A DNA stretch of 64,000 nucleotides from Pseudomonadota bacterium (GTDB lineage: Bacteria; Pseudomonadota; Alphaproteobacteria; Paracaedibacterales; CAIOTO01), in assembly GCA_040387495.1 (NCBI GenBank), contig JAZKDQ010000010.1, positions 1 through 64,000 on the forward strand, given 5' to 3'. The notes below the pieces were generated by a model. That model did not search any database. It had not been told where the DNA came from and saw only the letters and a list, made by a program, of their open reading frames with translations. The position numbers and the translations under genes are program-made. Shown here one piece after another: positions 10,193 through 20,539 of the stretch (its first letter is position 1; the number at the start of each line of letters is the position of its first letter).

Positions 10193-10927
10193 TTAATACG
10201 TAGAGTTTAACACCCAGCTATCTCGTGTCTCTTGTGGCATCAAATTTTGTGCCGCTTTCCAATCGCGCATCCCGAGTTTTTTTTCAAAACCAAGCAAATC
10301 ATCCGCTGTTTTTTTGCACATTTCAGCGCTGGGCTGAATATAAGGCGTGTTGCAGCTAAGCGTGAGGCATTGCACGCGGCAGGCTTCTTCTAAATGATGC
10401 GTGAAGAAAAAAGCTTCTTCGATCGTTGCGCCCGTTGTAACGGTGCCGTGATTTTGCAGTAACATGGTATAATTGTCGCCAAGATCACGCGCCAGATGTT
10501 CGGTTTGTGTTTTCTCATCCAGCACAAGTGAATCATAGGGGTGTGTTGATACGCGGTTATAAAAGTGCAGTGCGAATTGACTGATGGGCAATAGGCCACA
10601 TTCCATAGCTGACACAGCAACCCCGTGCGGTGTGTGTAGATGAAAGATGGCGTTAATGTCAGGCCTAGCATTATAAATAGCGCTGTGCATATAAACGCCT
10701 GTCGGGTTTAGCGTGTCGAAATAGTTTTCGGCAGGTTGCGTCATGTCAACCAATGCTAATGACTGGGGCGTCACATCTTTATATAGTGTATCAAATTGGT
10801 TTATTAGAAAAGACTGTTGCCCAGGTAGTCGCGCGGAAATATGTGTATACGTCCAATTATCCCACCCTTTAAGGGCGCATAACTGATAGGCAGTGGCGAG
10901 TTTGAATCGAAGCGAGTTCATGTGCAA
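10193..10927 (-). CDS. Class II aldolase/adducin family protein
   Basis: THISARLP, HSAIY, HLHT, LLQNHG metal-binding motifs. Confidence 0.92.
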   Translation of the reverse strand: MHMNSLRFKLATAYQLCALKGWDNWTYTHISARLPGQQSFLINQFDTLYKDVTPQSLALVDMTQPAENYFDTLNPTGVYMHSAIYNARPDINAIFHLHTPHGVAVSAMECGLLPISQFALHFYNRVSTHPYDSLVLDEKTQTEHLARDLGDNYTMLLQNHGTVTTGATIEEAFFFTHHLEEACRVQCLTLSCNTPYIQPSAEMCKKTADDLLGFEKKLGMRDWKAAQNLMPQETRDSWVLNSTY

Positions 10928-11227
10928 TGCTTGTAATTTTTATATATATAGATTGTATTGTGCGATTCTAGCATAAGGTTGTGGTTAGTTGGAAGTAATG
11001 CGCGTGGGAAGCGTAATTATATGGCCACGCAGTGCTCAAGTTTTCCTTCCTGCATATTGCCCGGGCTCCCGGAAAGTCCATTCATTGGCTCGATCTTTTC
11101 ATGTTCTTGATAAAAAAATAATTAAATTTTATATAAAATTAAGTACTTGTATTTTTTAGTAATATAAAGTTGAATCAATTCGATTTCTGTTGTATAAGGT
11201 GGTAGATTAACAAAGTAAGTTATTAAT

Positions 11228-13435
11228 ATGTCATTCATTAAAAAAATATTTATTTTAACAGCATTGGGTGCTACATCTCATTTTTCATTATTTGCCTCAC
11301 CTGTCATTGAATCTCCTGATAAAATAGCAAAAAGAACTAATGTCATCGATGAAGAATTAATATCTGCCTCAAATCTGCATGATAAAGAGACAGTTAAGAA
11401 AATTCTTAATGATTTAAACAGAAAACCAAGCCCAAATGCTTTTAAACAAAGCTTTGAAATGGCTTTGGTTACTGAAGATCTGTCATTTATTGGTTGCTTT
11501 CTTGCAAAGAATACGCAACTTCCAGAGAGCTATGTCGAAAAAAAATTCTTTCAGTACGCGATGAATGAAGGCGAAAAGCCAGAGATCATTTATTTGTTGC
11601 AACAACAGCTTCCTTCATTAACGCGTGCTCGATTAAATCGTGAAAAATCTAATTTAATCATAAATCAAACAGAAACAGATTATATTAAAGATTTTGAAAA
11701 AGAACTGAGAGCGCGTCAGAAAGATTTGGATTCCCGTAATCGTAAAGTGCAACTGAATGCCAGATTAAAAGCGCAAGAGTGGGTTGATAGAGCCTTGTTA
11801 GAATCTGTACGAAACAATCGAAGATTGTGTGTGCCTTATTTGCTTCGGTTAAATGGTAACATAAAACCAACAAAAAAAGCAGTAAACGAAGCTTTTGTTA
11901 ATGCTATGACAGCTTATAATTTTCGTTTGGCAGAAACGTTGTCAAAAACAGCAAGTACAGATTCCTCGACTGTAGATTTTAATAAATTGTCTATAGATGC
12001 AAGCGCGTATGATGCTGCTTTTGTGAAAATTGCAAAATTTTTTACTCTTGATGATCGAAATGAAGAAGCTCTTAATTGGTTGTTTAATGGTCTTTCAGGG
12101 TTTAGGCCAAGTGAAAAATTGATTAATCATGTCTATCAATTATTATATTTAAAAAGATTTGGTTTTCCTAAGATTGAAGTATTGGACCCTAATGTTGAAT
12201 ATTCCAGAGATCAACTGATAAAACATCAGGATAAGTGCAAAAAAATAGGCGAAAGAAGAAAAGTTTTTTGTTCATTTTTTGATAAAGTAGTGTCAGATTT
12301 TGATAAGCGTCGAATTGTAGATGCAATAGAGTGGAGAAGAGCCGAGATAGAAGAGCAGAGAAGAAGAGCTGAAATAGAAGAACAGAGAAGAAGAGCTGAA
12401 ATAGAAGAACAGAGAAGAAACGCGGAAATTGAACAACAGAGAAGAAACGCGGGAATTGAACGACAAAAATTGGCGCGACGTGTGTACAATGCGTTTGCTT
12501 TGTCTAGTAATAATTCACATGAAATACATCAGTACTCCGGTATGCATGTGACATTATCTAGTGCAACAGCGAAGGCTGCTGCACTTATTGACGAAAATGC
12601 TATTGATGAAGATTATTATGAGTCCGATAATGAATCCGATAATGAATCCGATAATGAATTTGATGAAGACTTTGAATCAGATAATGATTCTGTCGAAATC
12701 GAAGAGTATCCTGCATCAGCTAATGGGTCAACTCGTATGACACTCAATAAAGCTATTTTAGCACATATAACAAGTCGTATCAGCGAAACCGTGTTTCATT
12801 TGGATGATGTGCAGACCCGCTTAGTTGAGTTAACTCAAGAAACGTTTGCAAATGAAGGTGAGCAAGATCATGCAATAGAGCTTATTTCTGAAATTCTAAC
12901 ACGCAAAACATTTCGAATATTTGGTAAAACGTTGTCGTTCTTAAAATCGTTGCATGAGGATGAAATTGGGCAAAAAGAAGTTACCAAAATGTGGATGCAA
13001 GGATTTCTTTCTGAAGCAGTTTCAATGGATAGTTGCAATCCAGGAGCTTTAGAACGTGTTGTAACAGGTTTGCGCGGCATCGCTAATAGTGACCTTGATG
13101 CAATTTTTGCGCAAGCTGAAGCGCCTTACCTTATTAATATTTTTCTTAAAGGAACATTTAATATTTTTTATAGTGAATCTAGTTTGGAACAAAAAACTCA
13201 AGCACATAAGAACGCTAGAAATCTTGCAAGAATACTTGTTGAGAGAAATGCGACAATGAATTCTTCAGCTGAAGATATTACAGTTTTACTTACTAATTAT
13301 GCGAGAGAATCAATAGGGTCTTATCATGTTGATACTGCTCCTTATGAAGAACAAATCGAATCTATTGTTATGGTAATTGGGGACTGCTATGACACGCATC
13401 TTCAGCCTTTCGTTGTGGAAGAGCTGAATTTGTAA
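11228..13435 (+). CDS. Putative secreted helical-repeat protein with RRRAEIEEQ repeats and an acidic tract
   Basis: Signal peptide MSFIKKIFILTALG..LFA-S; ankyrin-like helix pairs; internal tandem repeats; SCNPGALER motif. Confidence 0.75.
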   Translation: MSFIKKIFILTALGATSHFSLFASPVIESPDKIAKRTNVIDEELISASNLHDKETVKKILNDLNRKPSPNAFKQSFEMALVTEDLSFIGCFLAKNTQLPESYVEKKFFQYAMNEGEKPEIIYLLQQQLPSLTRARLNREKSNLIINQTETDYIKDFEKELRARQKDLDSRNRKVQLNARLKAQEWVDRALLESVRNNRRLCVPYLLRLNGNIKPTKKAVNEAFVNAMTAYNFRLAETLSKTASTDSSTVDFNKLSIDASAYDAAFVKIAKFFTLDDRNEEALNWLFNGLSGFRPSEKLINHVYQLLYLKRFGFPKIEVLDPNVEYSRDQLIKHQDKCKKIGERRKVFCSFFDKVVSDFDKRRIVDAIEWRRAEIEEQRRRAEIEEQRRRAEIEEQRRNAEIEQQRRNAGIERQKLARRVYNAFALSSNNSHEIHQYSGMHVTLSSATAKAAALIDENAIDEDYYESDNESDNESDNEFDEDFESDNDSVEIEEYPASANGSTRMTLNKAILAHITSRISETVFHLDDVQTRLVELTQETFANEGEQDHAIELISEILTRKTFRIFGKTLSFLKSLHEDEIGQKEVTKMWMQGFLSEAVSMDSCNPGALERVVTGLRGIANSDLDAIFAQAEAPYLINIFLKGTFNIFYSESSLEQKTQAHKNARNLARILVERNATMNSSAEDITVLLTNYARESIGSYHVDTAPYEEQIESIVMVIGDCYDTHLQPFVVEELNL
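12335..12469 (+). repeat. In-frame 27-bp tandem repeat x5 (RRAEIEEQR)
   Basis: AGAAGAGCTGAAATAGAAGAACAGAGA and variants. Confidence 0.9.
12620..12655 (+). repeat. In-frame 12-bp tandem repeat x3 (ESDN)
   Basis: GAGTCCGATAAT GAATCCGATAAT GAATCCGATAAT. Confidence 0.85.
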
Positions 13436-13754
13436 AGGAGATTTTTAGGTTTAGCCACATATGTGAAGAGTGTAAAAGAAATAAAGCTAATACATATTCG
13501 CATTTGGTTTGCTTGTTGCTGATGCTGCTCTGCAGGGGTTGCTTATGAATATCACACGAGTGAGAATGTATTGAAAAGCAGATTTTGTATGTACTGGGTG
13601 TGATAAAATATTTCTGCTTAGAAGAAAGCAAAAAAGTAAAAAGTCTACACAAGTGTTTTCATACTCATTCATAATCGGAAAAATAATCCTAAAACGTAAG
13701 ATTCTATTGACTATTTTGTTATGACACGTCTTAACTTAACAATAAAGATAGTGA

Positions 13755-15473
<1,719 letters not shown>

Positions 15474-15495
15474 CCCCATCGATCCTTTCCAAAGA

Positions 15496-15525
15496 AAAAA
15501 CCCACCTCGTTCGAGATGGGTTTTT
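15496..15525. terminator. Bidirectional terminator between atpD and the convergent gene
   Basis: AAAAA-CCCACCTCG-TT-CGAGATGGG-TTTTT. Confidence 0.75.
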
Positions 15526-15547
15526 GTGGTTTGAGCCGTAGCTGTTT

Positions 15548-17380
15548 TTATGCTGCTGCTGATTTATTATCTTTTTCTTTATTATCATCTTTATCTTTTG
15601 ACCCAAAGAGGCTGCCAAAAAATGTTGATTTTTCCTTTGGTTCTTCTTTGGCTGTTGGTTTTTTCTCAGCAGCCTTGTCATCTTCAGTAGCTTTTGCCTT
15701 TGGTTTACCATCTTTATCAGAAGATTTCTTAGATGGCTTGTCAGAATCTTTGGCTACTTTTTCTTCTGACTTCTCATCTTTATCAGCAGATTTCTTGGAT
15801 GACTTATCAACATTTTCAGTAGCTTTTGCCTTTGGTTTGTCACCATTTTCAGTAGTTTTTTCTTTTGGCTTATCACCCTCTTCAGTAACTTTTTTCTTTG
15901 GCTTATCGTTAGTGTCAGTTTTTTGTTTCTTGCTGCTGCTAGTTTCTGTTGATTCTCCATCTGCTTTTCGTTTTTTAGCAGTGCCATCATCTTCTGAACT
16001 TGATGCTGTTGATCCTTTGTTGCTAGAAGCATCTTTGCTGGAGTCAGTAGCACTTGCAGAATCCTTATCATCTTTCTTCTTTTCTCTCTTTTTCTCGGAT
16101 TCTTCTTTTTTAGCTTTCCTCTCAGCCAATGCTTTCTTTAATTTAGCATTAGAAGCAGCAAGCGCGTCGTATGCCGGTTGATTTTCTGCTTTAATTAATT
16201 GTGCTGTGAGCTGTCTTTCAACCTTTGAATTTTCTTCTGTCTCATGAATAACACTGAAACGAGAAACTATTTCGGTTTCGCCATTTAGTGCATATGTATA
16301 AAACACGCATAGTGGCTTGTCCATTCCTGCTTTTTGGATCATTCTGCTTGATAAAATAAGGCCACCATTTTCTTGATCGAGCAATTTTCTGCTGTCTGAT
16401 TCTGGTAATTTTTTAGCTACTGAAATTAATTTTTCATCTTCTGATTCTGTAGGCATTGCTTTCGAGAATTCACCCTTTTTAAATTCTTTTTTGTCAATTG
16501 CATAGAAGCTATAACCGTTGATACGTGTGAGCGGAGCTCTTTCTCCATTTAGAAGGTCATCCGGTACTGCAAATTCTTTGAATGCTTTACTGGAAAAATC
16601 TGGAAACTGTACTTTCATATTATTGTTGCTGATAGTTTTGTCATTGCAGAATACTTTTGCGCTTCCAAGATAGTGAGTGCAGGCAGTGAATACGCTGTAC
16701 GAGGCAATAAAACTATTAATTTTATCATCGTAAATTCGTTTTATTTTTTCTTGCTCTGCTAGATTTTCTTTATTCTTTATGAATTCAGCATGTAATTTTT
16801 CTAATTTTTTTAAATGCTTTTCTGCTGCTATAAAGGCTTCACCAAACCAAACAGCATCTTCGCCAACTGATTCTTTTTTGCTTTGAATAAAGAGAAGTTT
16901 TCTTTTCAATCCTTTTGCAAGTTTCTCAAATACTTCAGCTTTTGGATCTATTAATATCTTTGATAGCATGTCCTTTACATTGTCACTGTGGGCACTCAAT
17001 TTTTTTATAATAACTTCTTTGTCTTCTCCGGAAATAGCGCTTAGGGAGGCTGTGTATTTTGACATAAGTTCATTTAATTTGTTAGCATAAGCTATTCTTT
17101 TTTGTTCTTGTTCAATTTGCTCCCTCTTCTTTTTCTCATCAGCTTCTTCTTCAGCATCAGAGAGAGGCGTTGCCGATAATTTCGTAGCAGCGTTTGCCTT
17201 GTCTTTTACTTCTGAAGTTTTTGAAATTTCGCGTTCGCTACTCTTCCCTTTTATTTCTGAAGTTTTTTCAACACGATTAGAATTTTCTTGTCCTTTTTCA
17301 CAAAATCCCTCTGACGCAGTCACAAGGCTAAGGGCTAAAACACTGCTATATAACATCATGCTTGTACGGTACGTTGACAT
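15548..17380 (-). CDS. Putative secreted protein with a long Lys/Asp/Glu/Ser low-complexity C-terminus
   Basis: Signal-like N-terminus (..SEGFC-E), coiled-coil segments, repeated DKPK / KPKAKATE units; SD-like AGGAG upstream. Confidence 0.75.
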   Translation of the reverse strand: MSTYRTSMMLYSSVLALSLVTASEGFCEKGQENSNRVEKTSEIKGKSSEREISKTSEVKDKANAATKLSATPLSDAEEEADEKKKREQIEQEQKRIAYANKLNELMSKYTASLSAISGEDKEVIIKKLSAHSDNVKDMLSKILIDPKAEVFEKLAKGLKRKLLFIQSKKESVGEDAVWFGEAFIAAEKHLKKLEKLHAEFIKNKENLAEQEKIKRIYDDKINSFIASYSVFTACTHYLGSAKVFCNDKTISNNNMKVQFPDFSSKAFKEFAVPDDLLNGERAPLTRINGYSFYAIDKKEFKKGEFSKAMPTESEDEKLISVAKKLPESDSRKLLDQENGGLILSSRMIQKAGMDKPLCVFYTYALNGETEIVSRFSVIHETEENSKVERQLTAQLIKAENQPAYDALAASNAKLKKALAERKAKKEESEKKREKKKDDKDSASATDSSKDASSNKGSTASSSEDDGTAKKRKADGESTETSSSKKQKTDTNDKPKKKVTEEGDKPKEKTTENGDKPKAKATENVDKSSKKSADKDEKSEEKVAKDSDKPSKKSSDKDGKPKAKATEDDKAAEKKPTAKEEPKEKSTFFGSLFGSKDKDDNKEKDNKSAAA

Positions 17381-17630
17381 AGAAAAAACTCCTGATTCAT
17401 AAATTGTTATTTAAAATGGCATGCATTTACTGAAATGTGCGAGATGCTGCTCCTGCATGGTTCTAATATAGTGTTTAAAAATTAAGAAAAAGTTAATTTT
17501 TAATAAGGTAAATAAGGATAATTTGAAATTTCACGACAAGAAAACGGCGTTTGTAGAAAAATAACTGGGACCTTCCCCTGGCAGGAGAGATCTTTGAAGA
17601 CTAAAGAGTGATCTTGTAGTTGTTGCGAGG

Positions 17631-17658
17631 AAAAAAGGAGAGCATGTTAGGTGCTCTT
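17631..17658 (-). terminator. Probable terminator of the ccmB-like gene
   Basis: Minus strand AGAGCAC-CTAAC-ATGCTCT-CC-TTTTTT overlapping the stop codon. Confidence 0.55.
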
Positions 17659-18283
17659 ATCCTCGCCAACAAAAGGCATTTTGAATCAATAGAATCGTCA
17701 GTCCGCTGGACAAAAGAGCAAGCCCAGTGAGTGGAGACAGCGGCACCAGATCTACTGGCTGTCCTACCAAATATAAAAAACTGGGAATCCAAAAAGGGAT
17801 GAAAATCAGCAGATTTGTCATTTTCTTTTCAATAGAGGAAGTCATACATAAGGTTAGCTGAACGCCAAGTAATCCCAATACACATTGGATATGATTGAGA
17901 CACAAGCCCCATAGGGCGGACACATCTATGTTCATGAGTGCAAGACCCACGGCTTGGCTGAGTAAAAGTGGCGCGGAAAAGGTCAGTAGTGTTGTGATTA
18001 GCCGTGCGCTTGCATACCCATGAATGGAGAATCCTTCGCTAATGAGATATGAAAATGTCCCATCGGTGAAATCTTCCTCAAGGCTTTGCATGACGGAGAG
18101 CGTTTGAATGAATCCCCACAAGGCGAAAAAAGCGATGACCCCTTGAGGTGGCAGAGGACATTCAGCATGCACCAGGCTAATTAGAAAAATCCCTACAAAG
18201 AACAAGACACACGGCGGCCAAAACTGTTGTTTTTCATGTGCACAGAGGTAGCGCGCAAGGGGGATGATGCGGTTTGTGGTCAT
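17657..18283 (-). CDS. ccmB: Heme exporter protein B-like membrane protein (divergent CcmB)
   Basis: About 6 hydrophobic segments, LEEDFTDGTFSYL resembling the CcmB F..D..DG.L motif, LLIFIPFWIP. Confidence 0.6.
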   Translation of the reverse strand: MTTNRIIPLARYLCAHEKQQFWPPCVLFFVGIFLISLVHAECPLPPQGVIAFFALWGFIQTLSVMQSLEEDFTDGTFSYLISEGFSIHGYASARLITTLLTFSAPLLLSQAVGLALMNIDVSALWGLCLNHIQCVLGLLGVQLTLCMTSSIEKKMTNLLIFIPFWIPSFLYLVGQPVDLVPLSPLTGLALLSSGLTILLIQNAFCWRG

Positions 18284-18417
18284 TATAAGATTGATTCCTA
18301 GGTAGTGAAATATAGTGTACTGTTTCTTCTGTATATTTCATACATGCGTTTTATGAGATGCCTTGAAAAATTAAAAATAAAGACTATTTAATGTAGTGAG
18401 GCAGAAATTTTAAAAGA

Positions 18418-19089
18418 ATGAATCATATGAATGAACATAACATCGATAATTTTATGAAACTGGCGACAAATCATAACAAGGATTCAGATTTGACAGATAA
18501 TTATTATTTCGCCAAATATGAGGAGATTACATCGGGTAAGAAGTATAGCTTTAATTGGTCTGCGTTCTTATTTAGTGGGAACTGGTGCTTGTATCGTAAA
18601 ATGTATCTGTATGGGATTTTATGGATGCTTTTCACTGTTTTGTATAGTGCAGGTATAATAAATGTTGCTACGTATGCAACTGGCGCGGCTTCATATGATG
18701 TATTACCTATTAAAATTAAAGTTTTTTTGTTTCCCTTGCAACTTGCCCCCGGGCTTTTCTTTGGTTTTATTGGAAATTGGCTGTACGTACAGCAGATTCA
18801 TAAAAAAATTGATCAAGGCTATCATCTTAGTAATGTAAAAAACATCGATAAATTAACGTGGAGTGCTGCATTCGTTTCAGCAATGGTTTTTTGCATTGGA
18901 GTTGTTATTTTTTACGGCCTCTCTTTTATTAAGACTGGTTATATGCAATATATTCCAACAGTTCTTAATATATTTTTAGCGTCAATCTTAGGATTTGTTG
19001 CTCTGAAGCGGGATGAAAAAAACGTGAAAATGGCATTGGCTGAACGAGCGCTGACGGAAGAAAACAGCACATCTTTGCCAAGCGAATAG
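18418..19089 (+). CDS. DUF2628-type membrane protein
   Basis: SFNWSAFLFSGNWCLYRKMY and GNWLY signatures. Confidence 0.8.
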   Translation: MNHMNEHNIDNFMKLATNHNKDSDLTDNYYFAKYEEITSGKKYSFNWSAFLFSGNWCLYRKMYLYGILWMLFTVLYSAGIINVATYATGAASYDVLPIKIKVFLFPLQLAPGLFFGFIGNWLYVQQIHKKIDQGYHLSNVKNIDKLTWSAAFVSAMVFCIGVVIFYGLSFIKTGYMQYIPTVLNIFLASILGFVALKRDEKNVKMALAERALTEENSTSLPSE

Positions 19090-19118
19090 TGCAAATTTCC
19101 TATGTGTTATTCTTTGCG

Positions 19119-19199
19119 TCGTCATGGCGGGCCTGAAGGACGCGGCCATCCAGAAAACAGCCTGGATCACCACGGAGGCACGCCTCCTAGTGATGACGA
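19119..19199. repeat. Palindromic element, GTCAT...ATGAC family
   Basis: TCGTCATGGCG..GCCATCCAG / CTGGATCACCACGG..GTGATGACGA inverted ends, between convergent genes. Confidence 0.75.
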
Positions 19200-19226
19200 T
19201 GGATTACAGGAATAACGAGAAAATTC

Positions 19227-19727
19227 TTAAACCAACAAAAACTCAGGATTGATAATCATAAATCCTTCTTCGATGTTGATATCAAGAACAGCCTCTTCGT
19301 TAAAGGGCAATGTAATGATTTTATTGAGCTCTTCGCTTTTAATATCGAAAAATTCACCTGCGCCAAAGTTCTGCACACCCAAAACAGCACCATACACTTT
19401 GCCTTGTTCATCTTGAACGGTAAGATCAACAAGATCTTCGTGATAGTATTCATCATCCGTTGGCTCTGGCAATTGCTCGCGTTCAATAAATAATTCTGTT
19501 CCGCGTAAGGCTTCTGCTTGATTGCGATCTGTCACACCTTGGACAAAGGCAATAGCCGAATTAGGGGTAGCTATACGTACATTTGATAATGCGTATTCGC
19601 GGCCTTTTGCATCTTTAATGGCACCATAAGCACCAATATCAACAGGATTCGCTGTGTGCGTTTTAATCTTTACGTGACCCTTGATTCCATGAGCGGCAAC
19701 AATTTCACCAAGACAGACTGTTTTCAT
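19227..19727 (-). CDS. rimM: 16S rRNA processing protein RimM
   Basis: GEIVAAHGIKG, DRNQAEALRG, EYYHEDLVD, NFGAG. Confidence 0.96.
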   Translation of the reverse strand: MKTVCLGEIVAAHGIKGHVKIKTHTANPVDIGAYGAIKDAKGREYALSNVRIATPNSAIAFVQGVTDRNQAEALRGTELFIEREQLPEPTDDEYYHEDLVDLTVQDEQGKVYGAVLGVQNFGAGEFFDIKSEELNKIITLPFNEEAVLDINIEEGFMIINPEFLLV

Positions 19728-20531
19728 TTATGTGGCTTTCTTTTTTCGAGTAACTTTTGGTTTTTCATTTTTAGATGGCAGTGTTTCTGCTGCTAGTTCC
19801 GATATTATTACAGACGTATCCCCCGCTAGTTCAATTCCAAACAAAGCGGACAGATCTCCATCGAATTGAGTTTCATCCATCCCAACCGGTAACATACCAA
19901 GGTGCGTATTGTCTACCAAATCTATGTGATTCGTCTGTCTTAGTATAAACAGTTCTTCGGGGCGCTCGTCAAGTCGATTACCAACACCATATAATACTGC
20001 GGCGACATGTTTGCACATATCAGCATAATCGGGGCAAGAGCAGCTAAGCTTGATTTCTTTAGGTTTGGGAAACATACCTGTTTCATTTGCAGTAATGATT
20101 TCCATTACACCTTTTGAAAACTTCCCTTGTAACAATTCGATGAGTGAGTCAATTTTACCACTACATTCTTTGACAAGGGTGCTCCATTTAGTTTCGTGAA
20201 AAGCATCAATTTTGATTGAAATCGTATAGACACTTGATCCGCTTACCATGGCTGTGATCTCTCCAGGTGTAATTTGCAAATCAATGACAGATCCATTTCG
20301 CGCATACGTGCGCCCACGTGGCAAACGACTTTCATAGTCACTATATGATTCTAAATTAGTGCACCAGGATTTACCCCAGAATGTTTTTGCAATGGTACGC
20401 CCCTCGATGATGACGGGATTTAAGGTGCGACCTTGTTTTTTTAATTTTGCGACGAGCGCTTTGGATTTTTCTCGGCGTTCAGCCACAGACACATATTCGG
20501 GGAATCCACCGTAGCTACCATACCGACTCAT
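19728..20531 (-). CDS. SWIM zinc-finger protein (SNF2 partner)
   Basis: RLPRGRTYARNGSV, CSCPDYADMCKH (CxCxnCxH), ELFILR. Confidence 0.92.
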   Translation of the reverse strand: MSRYGSYGGFPEYVSVAERREKSKALVAKLKKQGRTLNPVIIEGRTIAKTFWGKSWCTNLESYSDYESRLPRGRTYARNGSVIDLQITPGEITAMVSGSSVYTISIKIDAFHETKWSTLVKECSGKIDSLIELLQGKFSKGVMEIITANETGMFPKPKEIKLSCSCPDYADMCKHVAAVLYGVGNRLDERPEELFILRQTNHIDLVDNTHLGMLPVGMDETQFDGDLSALFGIELAGDTSVIISELAAETLPSKNEKPKVTRKKKAT

Positions 20532-20539
20532 ATTTTTCC

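Noticed and set aside
11069..11080. GGAAAGTCC resembling the RNase P RNA conserved motif
   Set aside because: No room or other conserved regions for rnpB; more likely a decayed palindromic repeat
12335..12469. 27-bp repeats as a possible CRISPR array
   Set aside because: No spacers, in-frame within a CDS, and no cas genes
15516..16181. 221-aa Phe/Ser/Leu-rich plus-strand ORF
   Set aside because: Antisense shadow of the Lys/Glu-rich tail of 15548-17380
17610..17684. DLVVVARK resembling RnpA
   Set aside because: In-frame stop just upstream, no RNR motif, and it overlaps a terminator
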